A DNA stretch of 64,000 nt from Camelus ferus (lineage: Eukaryota), in assembly GCF_009834535.1 (NCBI RefSeq), contig NC_045696.1, forward strand, positions 45,138,001-45,202,000, given 5' to 3'. This document shows positions 11,959 to 25,119 of this stretch, piece after piece. The translations under genes were made by a program, and so were the position numbers. How positions within the stretch are numbered: position 1 is the first letter of the stretch; the number at the start of each line of letters is the position of its first letter. The notes under the pieces are model-generated. The model was not told where the DNA came from, did not search any database, and was given only the letters and a program-made list of their open reading frames with translations.

Positions 11959-14900
11959 AGAGAAAGAGAAAGAAAGAGATTTAAGGACATTTTATCCTAT
12001 GAAAATGAAAAAAGACCTCTGGGAATAGAAATGTGGAGACAGGGAAACATATAAATTATAATACACACAGTTTACCCATGTATACATATGTACACATAGT
12101 TTTATTTTAAATGCATTTCTAGAGATGGTAAGCGGTTGAAACAGATCATGCTTGATGGCTTCCAACTCTCCTGAATGATATAGTGGGCAAAATTGTCTTC
12201 TCAAGTTGAAGGGAATCTATTCAGAGGTCACAATGACGTTTGGATGCAGTAAGTTGGGTGGTGGTGCCAGCCTGGCAGGATTTTTAAGTTTCTCTAGCAG
12301 GGCACTGGGGAGGTAAGATTGTAGTTTCAAAACAGGCTTGTGTTTTGACTGAGCAAGTGTTGGAGAAATACAGGAATGAAAGAAATCAAGGGTTCTAGTG
12401 AGAGAGTAGTTTAGATGACCAACTATGGGATTCAAGAGATGGGTCAGGAAGGAAGTAACAGTATATAGGAAAGAAAAGGGAGCTATCTTTTTAACATGGA
12501 GTGTTAACATGCCTCAGTCTACTGGGAAAGCCCTGTCATAATCATCCAACCCCAAAAGAAATGATCCCACTTGGTCAGGCACATGTGCATGTGCTTGTGT
12601 AAAATTTTACATTGTTATGTATAACATTTTATATCATTTGATACACTTTCATGTCTAGTTAGATGTGTTTAAATACTACATTTCTTTTACAGCATATTTT
12701 CCAGTAATCAGAGTGAAATAAGAAATAAGATACTTTCTCACATTAATAAAATATTGATTTAAAATGTTTATGGTAATAATTTTTTCACAAAATGATGAAA
12801 AAAAGCAAAACTATGAAATTCACTTTACTATTTGTAAATGTATGGGTTGCCCCAGATTACAAAGGAAATTTAAAGAACCCAAGCAGGTTATTCACTTTAT
12901 ATCCAGTTGTATAGTCTAACCACTAACTTGGTGTCCTTTCTCCCTAAGTAAAACAGTAATCATCTAAAAAAGAAAGTGGCTTCATAAGATAACATACAGA
13001 AACAGGGAACACACCAAGGACAATTTTCTGGACTACTGCATGCCCTGCTACGTGCCATTCTAACTTCTTGACCAGTGAGTGAGGGGTCTATATTCATTAG
13101 CAGGATTCATTTCCATTAACTAGATGCTGCACGGTGAAGAATCAGAAAGGGTACTAATCAAGCCCCCGCTCTCTCAAAGCATCCCCTAAAAAATCAACAG
13201 AATTATGTCCATCACCAAAACCCTTGTTTCCATCAACTGCCTGCATTTCTCAAAAGACATTTTTATCAGACTATGCCATTTACAAGCTAGATTTCCAATG
13301 TTTTCAATCAGAACTGGACCTTATCACTATGATGGGAATCATCTGATCATCTTCAATGGTTTCCCCTTGAGCGCTCCTTCCTTACTTCATAGTGTTACCC
13401 CCTTCACATCTGCCTGCATCTCACACACAAACACATACACACATGCCCTTATGTGGCCCATCTAACCAAGACCGCTTTACGAAACCAATCTCAAATTTCT
13501 AGGACTCAGCTGTCTATGCTCTTTAATGTCAGAGTTCACCTAAATTGTACACTTGTACACACTGTATTCAGATTGTGTTCAGTTTTTTTCAGGGAAGCTC
13601 CATCTCTCTTTCTCCCTCCTTTTTCTCCCTTCCCTCTGTTTCTCTCCCCCTCCCCCTCTTCCCTAATTGCCTCCTTGAAAAGTTATGACTAAGTTTCTCA
13701 CATTGTACGTGTATGAGCTCAGTGTGTTCCCTTTTTCCAAACAGTTACATTCACTCTAGGATAACAGGATGTCTTCACTGTTTAAGTGTCAGGCTTGGGT
13801 AGGGCTGATGATTTTGGTTCTACGCACACCGCTCCCCGCCCCCAGTCAGATACTCCCCCAGCAGGAGTCACCTGGTTCACTTACACATTCTTTTATTTTC
13901 TCCTCTGTCACATTTTGGTTTTGTTTCGACTGTTGACGAGAAGCATCTATTCCCAATATGTAAAGGGAAGATCAAGAAGCCTTCAAGTTGCTATTTAATC
14001 TTGGTATTAATGAAAAAACAGAGCTATTTTAAAATATGATTTTATGACCAGCAAGCAAGGACGAGAGACAGAAACTTCGGCCAGGAGATGTGTGCAGCTC
14101 ATATTTTTTATAGTAATGAAAAGGAATATTCAGATGAATAATATGTACCTATGAAATACAGATCAAAGGCTTTCTTACTAGGTACAGTTGCTTCTAAATA
14201 TGAAGAGAAATGAATTCAAAAATAAAAGGTGACAATTTGGAAGGTGTCCTCTGGGAAGGGACTGAGGTGATGAATACAATTGATTTCCTACTCTTCCTCC
14301 CCCCATGCCTGCTCTTTAAATGACCTCTTTCCAATTTTCCATCTTACACTCACAGGTCGCCAGAATATTACTGAGAAGGCAATTAGAATTGTGAACATTG
14401 ATTTTTTAAATGTACATAAAAGGATAAATGATGGGATTGTTTGAAGTGAATGTCAAAACAGCAGAGAGAGAGCGACCTAACTACCACCTGCCAAAGTTAG
14501 TCAATGTCCTAAAGGAGCATTAGAAAAAAAGTTTATAAAAAATCTTCAGGAAAATAACCACTTCAATTCTTCTCAGCTGCTAAATCTTGACAGTCTTTTT
14601 TCTGGTTACAAATAAGGAAAGAAAGAGAGAGGGAAAAAAAAAAAGAGAGAGGGAGGGAAGCAAAATAGTTCATACCCCGTAAGTCTCTTTTTTTCCCTCA
14701 TGTTCTTCCTTGCTTGGTTTTTGAAGCATTAAACAATTCTACTGTTGTACCAATGTACAGAAAAAATGGCCAGAAGGTCTTTGCTCCAGGTCAGGTGCAA
14801 TGTAAGTCTTGCACGAAATTAGCTACTTCTTGGCAGAGCTAAAAATAACAAATTGAGATGCTACCGCTGCTCATTCAGCTTTAAAGCAAGCTTCCTTTCT

Positions 14901-16407
14901 AGGTCCTGGTGTAGAGAGCTTCTCCTGTGCCTCCTGGCCATAATGCGCCTGAAAGAAGCACTTTCTCCTACCCGTGGATATTGACAGAGAATTGCCACCT
15001 GTATTTTTAGAGTCTAATGTTATAGGAAATAAGTGTTATTGTGGAGTCCAGATTACAATATGCAGTTAAGCCATTTTATTGGTAGAAAATGAACAGGAAT
15101 GCATGATATATCTGGAGTTTCTCTCATACACTGTAAATTGGCTGCTACTAGTTTATTCAACAAGTGTTTGATATTAATTGATTACAGTACCTACTCTAAA
15201 GGTAAGGAAAAATGAGTGTTTAACTTGGGCAAGAGATGTAAGGGAAGGCTTTATGGAGAAAGTAAGCCAGACCTTCCAGGATATTGAAGGAAAGACATAC
15301 AAGCTGGGAGAATGGAGTACATGCAGGAAGCATAACAAATAATCCAATCTCTGTGTCCAAGGGAAAGAAAGGTATCAGCCCCTACACCAGAAAGTTCACA
15401 CTGAAAATTACAAAATTCAACAGATAACAAAAACTAAATTATGGAAGTTTTAAATGATATAATTGGAAGTTTGTACTATTCTGTGGTCAAAGGGAATTTT
15501 AAAGGTTACTGAAGAGGGTAAAGATAAAATAAAATCAGTATTTGACATTATTGTGAAATGAGGAGGCTAGCAGCAAGGCTCTTGTTAGGAGTCTGTTGAC
15601 CTGGTTTGGATTTGAGCAGTTTAGAGTCTGGTATGATGTGTTAGGTTGAGCAAAGGAAGAAATGAAAAGGAAGACGGTTAGACATAATTTAAAGAAGGAT
15701 CGTGACCTTGGACTCTAATTGAATATGATTTTTTAAAGAAGTAAAAATAATATGTCTGCACATATATGTATCTGATAAAAATAGAGAAATCAGGAAGGGG
15801 AACAGACTAGGGGTTAGAATGGGTTCATTTTTATAAGAGGTCTTTTTGACTTTGGCTTTTTCTATGTCATAATATCTAACAATATCTAGCTAAATAATCA
15901 CCAGTTTGATAGATGGAGAAACATCTTATGATAAAGGAAAACTCTGAGTTAAGATCCAATGCTTCCACTCCAAATACACAACCCCGCTTAGTGATGTAAT
16001 AGCCTTTCGTTAAACATAGTAAGACGGGATTCCATTCCCACATTGACACTTCTGAATGTGAGAAGAAAGCTTTTCCTTACACAGGGCCAGAAGCTATGTA
16101 CCCTGAGGTACTTCAGGGGCCTCAGTTCTGCCACTGGGGACCCTGGAAAAAAATGCAATTGTCTTTTTGATTGAAAGTTCCTCGCAGTATATTAATTTGA
16201 CCACATAGAGTCTCCTGAACCTTCTTCTATCTATTCTTTAGGATAAATGACTTTAAATTTGTCCTCAATTTTCTTAAACTGGTCCTCAAGTTATCTGGTT
16301 TTTATCCTTTCACTTTTTGATGTTTATTCTCTGGCCATCCTTGACTTTATTTGTTACCTCTTAAAATAATAAATATGTGTAAATAGGTAAAATATCTCTT
16401 ACCTTCA

Positions 16408-16630
16408 TGTAAGGTAAACTATGGACTTTGGGTGATTACAGTGTGTCAATGTAGGTTTATTAATTGTGAAAAAAAAAAAGTACCATTCTGTTGGGGGATG
16501 TTGATAGTGGGATATCTTAATGATAAGCTATCCGTGTGTGGGGGTAGGGGCCATGAAAAACCTCTGCACCTTCTTCTTAATCTTGCTGTGAACTTAAAAA
16601 TGCTCTAAGAAAATAAAACCTGGAAAAAAC
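16408..16630 (+). mobile_element. Old L1M (L1MC-like) 3' end
   Basis: gtaaactatggactttgggtgatta...tgtcaatgtaggtt...accattctgttgggggatgttgatagtggg...gctgtgaacttaaaaatgctctaagaaaataaa. Confidence 0.8.
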
Positions 16631-17009
16631 ATGATATTCAGATATGAATACTGTTGCAAATCTGGGCTCATCACAGAGTATAGTTGGGCTTCTTCACTTT
16701 ACAGACTATGAGTTTGTTAGTATGGTCTGTGAGCTCATTTATTTAAGCTCAAGTACGTTTCATCCAAAATGCTACTCAGCTGTTTTTTACCCATCTTGCT
16801 GATTGTTTAAATAAAGTCATTAATTGTAACTTTCTATCCATCAGTTAAAACATGCACACGCATATCACACACAGCCACACCCCACTGATGGGTAGGACTG
16901 TTTTCCCACACAGCAAGCCCAAATTCAAGAAAGTTTTTTCAAGTATATCTTAAAGGATCTCTTTACCAGGGTTGAAGGAAGAGGCTCAGATCCACTTCAG
17001 ATAATTATT

Positions 17010-17831
17010 GGATTATTAATCTCCCTAATACAAGCAATTCTTCAACTGTGATGGACATCAACTGTCTGTCTTACAATTCAATTCAGTTCTGACACTATAC
17101 ACCTGGAGTTAGCATCGGACCTCACAGATCAGAGACTCAGTCCATTAGACTGCCCCTTCAGACACCAATCACAAATCTAGGTTGTTACCCATGCTCCTGA
17201 CTTATTGGATAGACATCAGTTCCCATGACGCCCCCTCCTCAGGTTTGATTGCTTTGCTAGAACAGCTCACAGAACTCAGGGAAATTGTTTACTTATTGAA
17301 TTACCTAGTTATTATCACAAAGGATATCAAAAGACATCAATAAACAGTCAGATGAAGAAATACCCAGAGTGAGGACCAGAAGTATCTTGAGTACAGGAGC
17401 TTCTGTCCCTGTGGAGTTTGGGGTGTGCCACACTTGTTCATCAACACAGAGCTCTCTGAACTTCATCCTTTGGGGGTTTTTAATGGAGGCTTCAACACAT
17501 AGGCATGGCCGATGACATCCTTGGCCATCGGTAATTAAGTTACTCTCTATCCCAAGTCCCCTCCTGTAGGTGAGCCTGGGGTGTGGGGTGAAGCTGATTA
17601 ATCACTTGTAATCACTAGGTTGGCTCCCCTGGCAATCAGCCCCCATCCTTCAGGACTTTCCAAAAATCTCCTCAATAACATAAATACAGTGTGGTTGAAA
17701 GGAACTTGTTGTAAATAGCGAAAGACCTCTTAATTGCTCTTATCACTTGGGAAATTCCAAGAATTTTGGGAATTGTGTGCCAAGATAGGGCAAAGACCAA
17801 AAATACATTTACTATAAACCTCAATATCACA
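17010..17831 (-). mobile_element. Solo LTR, MER21-like
   Basis: caattcaattcagttctgacactatacacctggagttagcatcgga...agactgcccc...ctcacagaactcagggaaa; terminates ...atatcaca (TG start on minus). Left end approximate. Confidence 0.8.
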
Positions 17832-17882
17832 ACTGTTTTCCAATTATTTAATCTAAAATGGGCACCAAATCTCACACTATTA

Positions 17883-18082
17883 CAGGAGTCTGCAATTTTT
17901 TTCTGTAAAAGACTAGACAGCAAATATTTTATGCTTCGCTGGCCGTATGTTCTCTGTTACAACCAACTGACCGGTGCTGCAGCAGAGAAACAGCCATAGA
18001 CAATATGTAAATAAGTGTGTGTGGCTGTGTTCTCATAAAACTTTATTTGCAAAAACAGGTCAACATGGTTTACCAATGCCTG
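17883..18082. mobile_element. MER58A-like hAT MITE
   Basis: caggagtctgcaatttttttctgtaaaag...aaatatttt...cagccatagacaatatgtaaat...aaaactttattt...cctg; CAGG/CCTG termini. Confidence 0.85.
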
Positions 18083-18525
18083 CTCAATTACATCATCAAA
18101 CTCTTCTGAGTCTCTTTTATTTATGCACTGTATTTTCCCTCTTTCAAATGTATATTCTGAGAACAGCAGCAACCTTGCTTATCTCACTATTTCTTTCTTA
18201 ACACTGAACAGAGAGGGAGCTTGGTAAATACTTATTGAATGAATGAATGAATGAATGAAGCTGGTATGGAAAAGTCAAAACTCTACAGAAAAACCAAAAC
18301 ACCACCTCCGAGTGTTTACCTAGTTTTTCATTAGGACAGGAAAGATTAGGAAAATCTTACTATAAATAGATGATTTTACTGTTTAAAAATTTGTATTTAT
18401 TCTTTACGTACAATTATAACACGTAACGACAGAATGACAAAGAGAAATTTAAATTCTGTTTCCATAGTGTATATCTTAACAAATTCTATTTATTTTTACT
18501 TTACATAAAGGTATTTCTCTTAGGC

Positions 18526-18753
18526 CAGTGGTTCTCAACCTGAGGTGATTTTGCAAACCCTCCTCCCCCTAGGGGGACCTATGAGAATGTCTGAGGATAT
18601 TTTTGGTTATCAAAATTTGGAGGAGGAGTACCACTAACATCTAAATGAAGATACCGGGGATGTTGCCAAATATCCTACAATGCAGAGGACAAACTCCCAC
18701 AACAAAGAATGATCTGGTCTAAAATGCAATAATGCTGAGGTTAAGAAACACTG
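18526..18753 (+). mobile_element. MER20 hAT MITE, full length
   Basis: TIRs cagtggttctcaacc / ggttaagaaacactg; internal atcctacaatgcagaggaca; degenerate 8-bp TSD tcttaggc/ctttaggc. Confidence 0.9.
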
Positions 18754-18858
18754 CTTTAGGCTTATTTCCCATAAAAATAGGTCTTGTTTTTAGGGAAAGT
18801 CTTACGGCATTTCAGGATGTTACCTAAATCTGTAGATGAGTTTTGAAAACTTATGAGA

Positions 18859-19201
18859 CAAACAAACTTATTTACAAAACCGAAAGACCCACAGACATAG
18901 AAAACAAACTTATGGGTACGAGTCGGGGAAGGGGATGGAAAGGGATAAATTGGGAGTTTGAGATTTGCAAATACTAATATATAGATAGATAGACAGATAA
19001 TAGATAAACAATAATTTTATGCTGTATAGCACAGGGAACTATATTCAACATCTTATAGTAACTTATGGTGAAAAAGAATATGAAAACGAATATATGTATG
19101 TTCTCACATGACTGAAGCATTGTGCTGTACACCAGAAATTGACACAACATTGTAAAATGACTATACCTCAATAAAAATTTAAAAAAAGAAAAAAAAACCC
19201 C
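18859..19201 (+). mobile_element. Young L1 3' end with TSD
   Basis: acagacatagaaaacaaacttatgg...tgctgtacaccagaaattgacacaacattgta...aataaa+poly(A); TSD aaaact(t/g)atgaga at 18846-18858 / 19202-19214. Confidence 0.92.
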
Positions 19202-20229
19202 AAAACTGATGAGAAAGCAGGTTGTATTTCTTTAAAACCATAATTTTTATATGAAATGGAAAGCAATTTTGAAGGGTACATTTCACTTGGGGGAAAAAAA
19301 AAAGACAGACCTCACTGTCACATTTGTATTCCAAGAACATTCATCCAACCCGATAACCTCCTTAGAGGAGTCAGATTTCAGACTGCCTGTTTGTGAACGC
19401 ACACAAGGTTAAGCGCCTACTACATTTCATGATATTCACTGGCCAAACAATAATAATGACAGTAAACTTGAGCTGACATCCTATAGCAGCAACAAAACAG
19501 GAAAGGAAGGAAGGAGCATTCCAAGGGCATGAACAATGCAGCAAGTATCCTTTTATAGTTTCCATGTAAGCCCGTGACTGTTGTTACACACTGATACCGC
19601 CCATTGTCGAGTTAAACTGGCCCGATGCCACAGCATCTCAACAAGTTCAGTTCGGACAAACAAAAGCTATAGTCTCTTGATACTTAAAGCTAAAGATGAT
19701 TTTTCACTTCTGATTTTTTTAGATCTTAGTAGAATATAGTAAGAATCTGTTGGTCTAAATACAGACTTGTTATTAAGGAATATAACCATATTACATAACC
19801 ATTTACTTATACTTACATAGCAAGGGAGCGTGTGTGTGTGTGTGTTGGAGTGTGGGAAAGGGTGTCTAGAAGACAAAGGCAATTTTGCACATTTTGATGC
19901 CGTTCATATGATTAAATAACAAGGATTGTACATGAACACTGTGGGCGACTGTGTCTCCATGAATCTCTATGGTATCTCATTATTCAGACTCTAGTCCTCT
20001 CTGTGATTATTCCTTCCCTGCCACCTTCCCAGGGATGTCTTCCTTCTGTTTCTTCAGATAAATATTCCCTAAAGTTCTGTCTTTAGTCTCCCTCATCTTA
20101 CTCTGTATTCTGCTTTAGGATTTTATCTATTCTAATGGCTTCAACTATGGCTTCCCTACCAGGGACTTTCAAGTCTTTACCTGCATTTTTCACCTATTTC
20201 ATGAGCCTGAGCATTTCTTCTTCAGTTTT

Positions 20230-20785
20230 TTTATATTTTTTATTGACATATAGTTATAATTTGTTAATTTCTGGTGTACCGCACAATGTCCCAATCATGC
20301 ATATACATACATATATTTGTTTTCATATTCTTTTTCATAAAGGTTTTTTATAAAATATTGAATATAGTTCCCTGTGCTATACAGAATACATTGTTTTAAT
20401 CTATTTTTATATATAGTGGCTAACATTTGCAAATCTCAAACTCTCAAATTTATCCCTTCCCACCTCCTTTCCCCAAGTAACTGTAAGATTGTTTACTATA
20501 TCTGTGTGTGTGTTTCTGTTTTGTAGATGAGTTCATTAATGTCCTCTTTTTTTTTTTTTTAGATTCCACATATGAGTGATATACAGTAGCCAAGACATGG
20601 ACGCAACCTAAATGTCCATTGAAAGATGACTGGATAAAGAAGATGTGGTATATTTATACAACAGAATATTTCTCAGCCATAAAAAAGAGTAAAATAATGC
20701 CATTTTCAGTAACACGGATGGGCCTGGAGATTGTCATTCTAAGTGAAGTAAGCCAGAAAGAGAAAGAAAAATACTGTTATGGTAA
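20230..20785 (-). mobile_element. Young L1 3' end with 5' inversion
   Basis: Antisense 3' UTR ~20230-20582 joined to sense ORF2 end ~20582-20780 (DDWIKKMWYIYT...ILSEVSQKEKEKY); 13-bp TSD cttcttcagtttt. Confidence 0.92.
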
Positions 20786-20849
20786 CTTCTTCAGTTTTAA
20801 TAACTATGAATACATTATTTGGAAATCCTCTTCATACCTTAAATTGCAT

Positions 20850-21338
20850 ATTACAAAATGCAGCTCATAGTTGCCTCCTCTTATGTGGGACTTCTCCACT
20901 GATCCCCATCTTAGCCATCCTCATAGGTAATTCAAAAATATAGAACTCATCTCAACCCTTCCTTCTCCCTAACGCACAACTTGCATTCTATCATAAAATA
21001 CTACTCTTTTTTACCTCTGAAACATTTCTTGAACCTGCTCACTTCTCCCCTGTCTCCGACCACCGCACTAGTCCGTGCTACCCCCTCATCCTCTGATTAT
21101 GGTACTTTCATGCTTAAACATCTTCAATGCCGTCCTATTGCTCTTAGGGTAAGAGACCTTTAACACAAACTACAAGGGTCTGTATGGTTTAGCTCTTTCT
21201 TGCCGCTCTTGTCCAAGATCACGCCTCCCCTCCTCTCAGTGTCTCTACTTCAGCAACGTGGCTGTCTTCCTGTTTCTCACACATGCCACCCTCCTCCTCG
21301 CCACAGGGTGTTGCAGCAGTGATGGTGGCTGTTTTTAC

Positions 21339-21389
<51 letters not shown>

Positions 21390-21720
21390 CTTAGAAGTCC
21401 CCTTGCTGCCCTCTTTTTCTACTTGACTTCCAACGCCTAGTCTTCAGGTTTCAGGTGAAAGAGTCATTTTAGTGGGAGGAGCGCTCCCCTAAATCACTGA
21501 AAGCACCCCATTTACTGGAGCCTCCAGTGTAACTAGGTATCTCCCCTTCACAGTGCTTGTCATATTTGTTACACTTTTAGGTTTATATTTGCTTGCATTA
21601 TCAAATAGCCCCACTGTCTTCCTCAACAGAATGTAAGCTCTCTCTTCTCATACAGTGTTTTATCCCCAGCACTTAGCTCGGTTTCTGGCACATAATAGGA
21701 TATCAATAAATACCTGTGAA
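20850..21720 (+). mobile_element. Degenerate L2
   Basis: Pyrimidine-rich L2 body ending agaatgtaagctc...tatccccagcacttagc...tggcacataataggatatcaataaatacctgtgaa. Confidence 0.65.
21341..21388 (+). repeat. (CA)24 microsatellite
   Basis: Perfect CA run. Confidence 0.98.
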
Positions 21721-23218
21721 AAGTATAAATAAAAATTAAACTCACCATTTCAACACATTAGTTCAGCCCAAAATACTAACATTTCTAAATTCTCTAAGGC
21801 TGTTGGTGTTAGCATCATCTCCTAAACGCCAGGCCCAAATGTTCAACTTCTGTGGCTTCTCTCTTTCTCTCCTGCTATCATCTCCGTCCAATTGTTTGCC
21901 AGCTTTCAGTGATCCTACCTCCAAAGCACATTTCCCATAAACCTTCCTAATACCATTCCTGTCTCTGGGCTATTGCAAAATCACCTAGTTGGTTTCTGCA
22001 TCTAATCTCTTTTTGCCTCAATTTTTCTTCTAGTCTTCCAAAAACAATGTTCTGGTTGCTCCTGTGATCAATATGATTTTAGGATTCCCAACTATTAGCA
22101 TGAAGGTTCTCTATGATCTTGACTCAATGAGAATTTTCTCAATTAACTTGAAACACTCTCTTTTTAACATTTTCCATTCCAAGCAACCTGAAATATTTTG
22201 TGTATGCACTACGTGCCCCGTGTTGACCACTTCTGGGACTTCACCTGTAATGCGCTTCCCCTAGCACTTCTTTTTTGTCAAGCATAAATTTTACTTTCTT
22301 TTCTAGACTACCTTTTTTATATCCAGGAACTCTTTGATATTTGTCACTGTATAGACTACAGAAATTAATAGCAGGGATTTGGACACAAATAATTTCAATA
22401 AATATATTTAAAGAATTGTTTCATTCCTTTCCCTTTTTTCTATATAGATTGAGTTTATGAAGGGCAAATACTTTCCTATGTGTTTTATATTTTTTTCCAT
22501 TTTCCCATATCTTTTTTTGAGAAGGCAGCCAAAAAATAGAGATTTTATAAAGTCTTCTCCCCTTACCTTTTAAGAATGCTTCATTTTTTTAAGTGACAAA
22601 ATAATAGGACAAGGATTTTAAAATTATGATCTAGTGGCAATAAGCACAAATGCTTGTTAAAAATTTGTGCTTTCTCTACTCGAGTATGACGAGCAATTCA
22701 TAAGCTGGCTAAAGTCTGGATAAAGATGAAGCTTATCTAAATTAATAATACATACTGTCAGTACAAAAGTAGAAGCCCTGGAAAGCTTTAAGTTGGCTTT
22801 TACTGCAATGGTAATCTTTCATCTCAGGAACTATCTTGACCATTTCTTGAGAAGGTTAAACACAGGTGTTCTAGAAACTTTAAGCTAAGACAACTTACCA
22901 TAGTACTGACTGTATTTATTTCCATGACAGTCAACCTAGAAACTATGATTTTGAATTGCTGACATCACATTTTTTTCCTTTCTGCAAAAACACTAAGTTT
23001 AAGTTTTTAAAATAGTGTTTGTAATAATTATACTCTACCAAATGCTTTGCACATATTTTCTAGTCAGAATGCTTTACATTTTAAAGCAGTTTTATCTTCC
23101 ATTTTAACTATTCTTTCTACATAAACCACATTAGTATTACAATTTATTACTAAACTGATATTCACTTATTTTTTCACCTTAAATTTCTTTTATACAGTTG
23201 CTCCAAGCCATATGCGTG

Positions 23219-23243
23219 CACACACACACACACACACACACAC
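23219..23243 (+). repeat. (CA)n microsatellite
   Basis: CA run of ~12 units. Confidence 0.9.
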
Positions 23244-24014
23244 CCTAATATGGTTAATAAAGTATATTCAGTATAAAAATTTATAGATTGAAATGAGAAT
23301 ATGAAAGCTCATAGTATAAAGTTTAAATACTATCTTTAAAGAATCATCATATAAAAATCATGGTGGTAAAACCACAAACCAACCAATGCATGGAAATCAT
23401 TCTTTTTAAGTTTCAGGCCTTTTCCAAGAAGATTTTAAAGCCATTGAAGGCCTTTCTGTGGAGTAAACTTAATGTGCTTGCATAGAAATGTCTAAAAATA
23501 AAGTAATCCCATCCTCACACCATTTCAACATTTAACTCTCAACATTTAACCTGTGATCATGAAACGTACAATGAAAATCATCTTTCAAAATTGAGATGAG
23601 GTATGAAAACTGCCCATTATCCATTAAGATGCCTTAGTATATGGTGGGAGGAAGGTTTACTTAAAACTGAAATTACAGCAAAGAAATCCTACTCTATTGA
23701 GTTTAACATCAAAAATGGTTATTTAATAATTTCTTCTCACATAGGTAAACATACTTTATGAAATAAAAAGCATTATTTAAAACACTGATGATTAGGAAAA
23801 TGTTGAGAAAAAGACTTTATTTTAGTAACGCTGAATTGAATGAATAGAGTATCTCACTCAATAACAGCAGTGACATCTATCATTATTAATTCTGCACCTG
23901 ACAGCTTTTTTTTTCAAATTTTGGTTTATGGAATTTATGGGAGTTTTTGTAGCATATGGGTTTGCCTTAGGTATGATAGGTAACTAATATTTTGATACTT
24001 ACTAGCTTGCATTT

Positions 24015-24230
24015 TTTGCGTACTTACCACGCACTATGCAAAGGTTTATACTTGTATTTTCCCAGATAACCCCTTAACCCTTACCATATCCCCATGAGGT
24101 AGGTGTCATTATCCTGATTTAAAGGAACTGACATTTAAAAAATTAAGTAGTTTGCCCAAATCATAAAGCTAGTAAATACAGCACTTGGATTCAAACTCAA
24201 GCTCGTCTGATTCCAGAGCCCATGCTTTGA
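24015..24230 (-). mobile_element. MIR SINE
   Basis: cccatgaggtaggtgtcattatcc...ttaagtagtttgcccaa...ggattcaaactcaag...tctgattccagagccc. Confidence 0.8.
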
Positions 24231-24826
24231 ACTTTCTTATAATATTGCCTGCCCTAAACTGGGCTTTCCTGACTTAGGACACAACATTTAATCCTAACAT
24301 TAATGATAAGAAGTAGGAAGTATTATTTCTATATTAAAAATCAAATTTGTGCATCAGATAAATGAATCGGCTCCCAAGGAAGTGATATAGGTGAAGATAC
24401 AAGCCAAGATTTGTCTAAATTTAGAACCCATGCTGTTTTCACTAAACTAGTCCAACTGAACTTTCAGCAAGCATAGAAATGGTTGCTCTTGGTGATCCAA
24501 TGAGGTACCCACTAACCATATGTGCCTGGTAAGTACTTAAAAGTTGGCTAATGCTAGTGAAGAACTACGTTTTAAAGTTTATGTTTCTTTTTTGACTGTC
24601 ATCACCCATTTCTCCCACCCCCTCACCCTTTGTCTCTGGCAACCAACAATCTGTATCTATGATAAGAGCTTGTTCTTGTTTTTGTTTTCTAAGATTCCCC
24701 ACATAAAAGAGATCATACGGTATTTGTCTTTTTCTGTCTGATACTTCAATTAGCACGATGTTCTCAAGGTCTATCCATGTTTTTGCAAGTTGCAAAATTT
24801 CATTCTTTTTAAGGCTGTATAACATT

Positions 24827-24830
<4 letters not shown>

Positions 24831-24872
<42 letters not shown>
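24831..24872 (+). repeat. (TG)21 microsatellite within L1
   Basis: Perfect TG run. Confidence 0.98.
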
Positions 24873-24876
<4 letters not shown>

Positions 24877-25019
24877 CCATGACTTATTTATTCATTCATC
24901 CATCAATGGACACTTAGATTGCTTCCATGTCTTGGCTTTTGTAAATAATGCTGCAGTGAACATGGGAATGCAGATACCTTTTTGAGTTAGTGTTTTTACT
25001 TATTTTGAATTAGTACTCA

Positions 25020-25119
25020 TGAAAACAAATACATGTATGTATGTATATGCATGACTGGGACATTATGCTGTACACTAGAAATTGACACATTGTAATTGAC
25101 TGCACTTCAATAAAAAAAA
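25020..25119 (+). mobile_element. 100-bp young L1 3' tip nested in older L1
   Basis: gcatgactgggacattatgctgtacactagaaattgacacattgta...caataaaaaaaa; flanked by tactca/tactca. Confidence 0.85.

Noticed and set aside
16101..16118. Near-palindrome ccctgaggtacttcaggg
   Set aside because: Short and imperfect; expected occasionally by chance with no supporting context.
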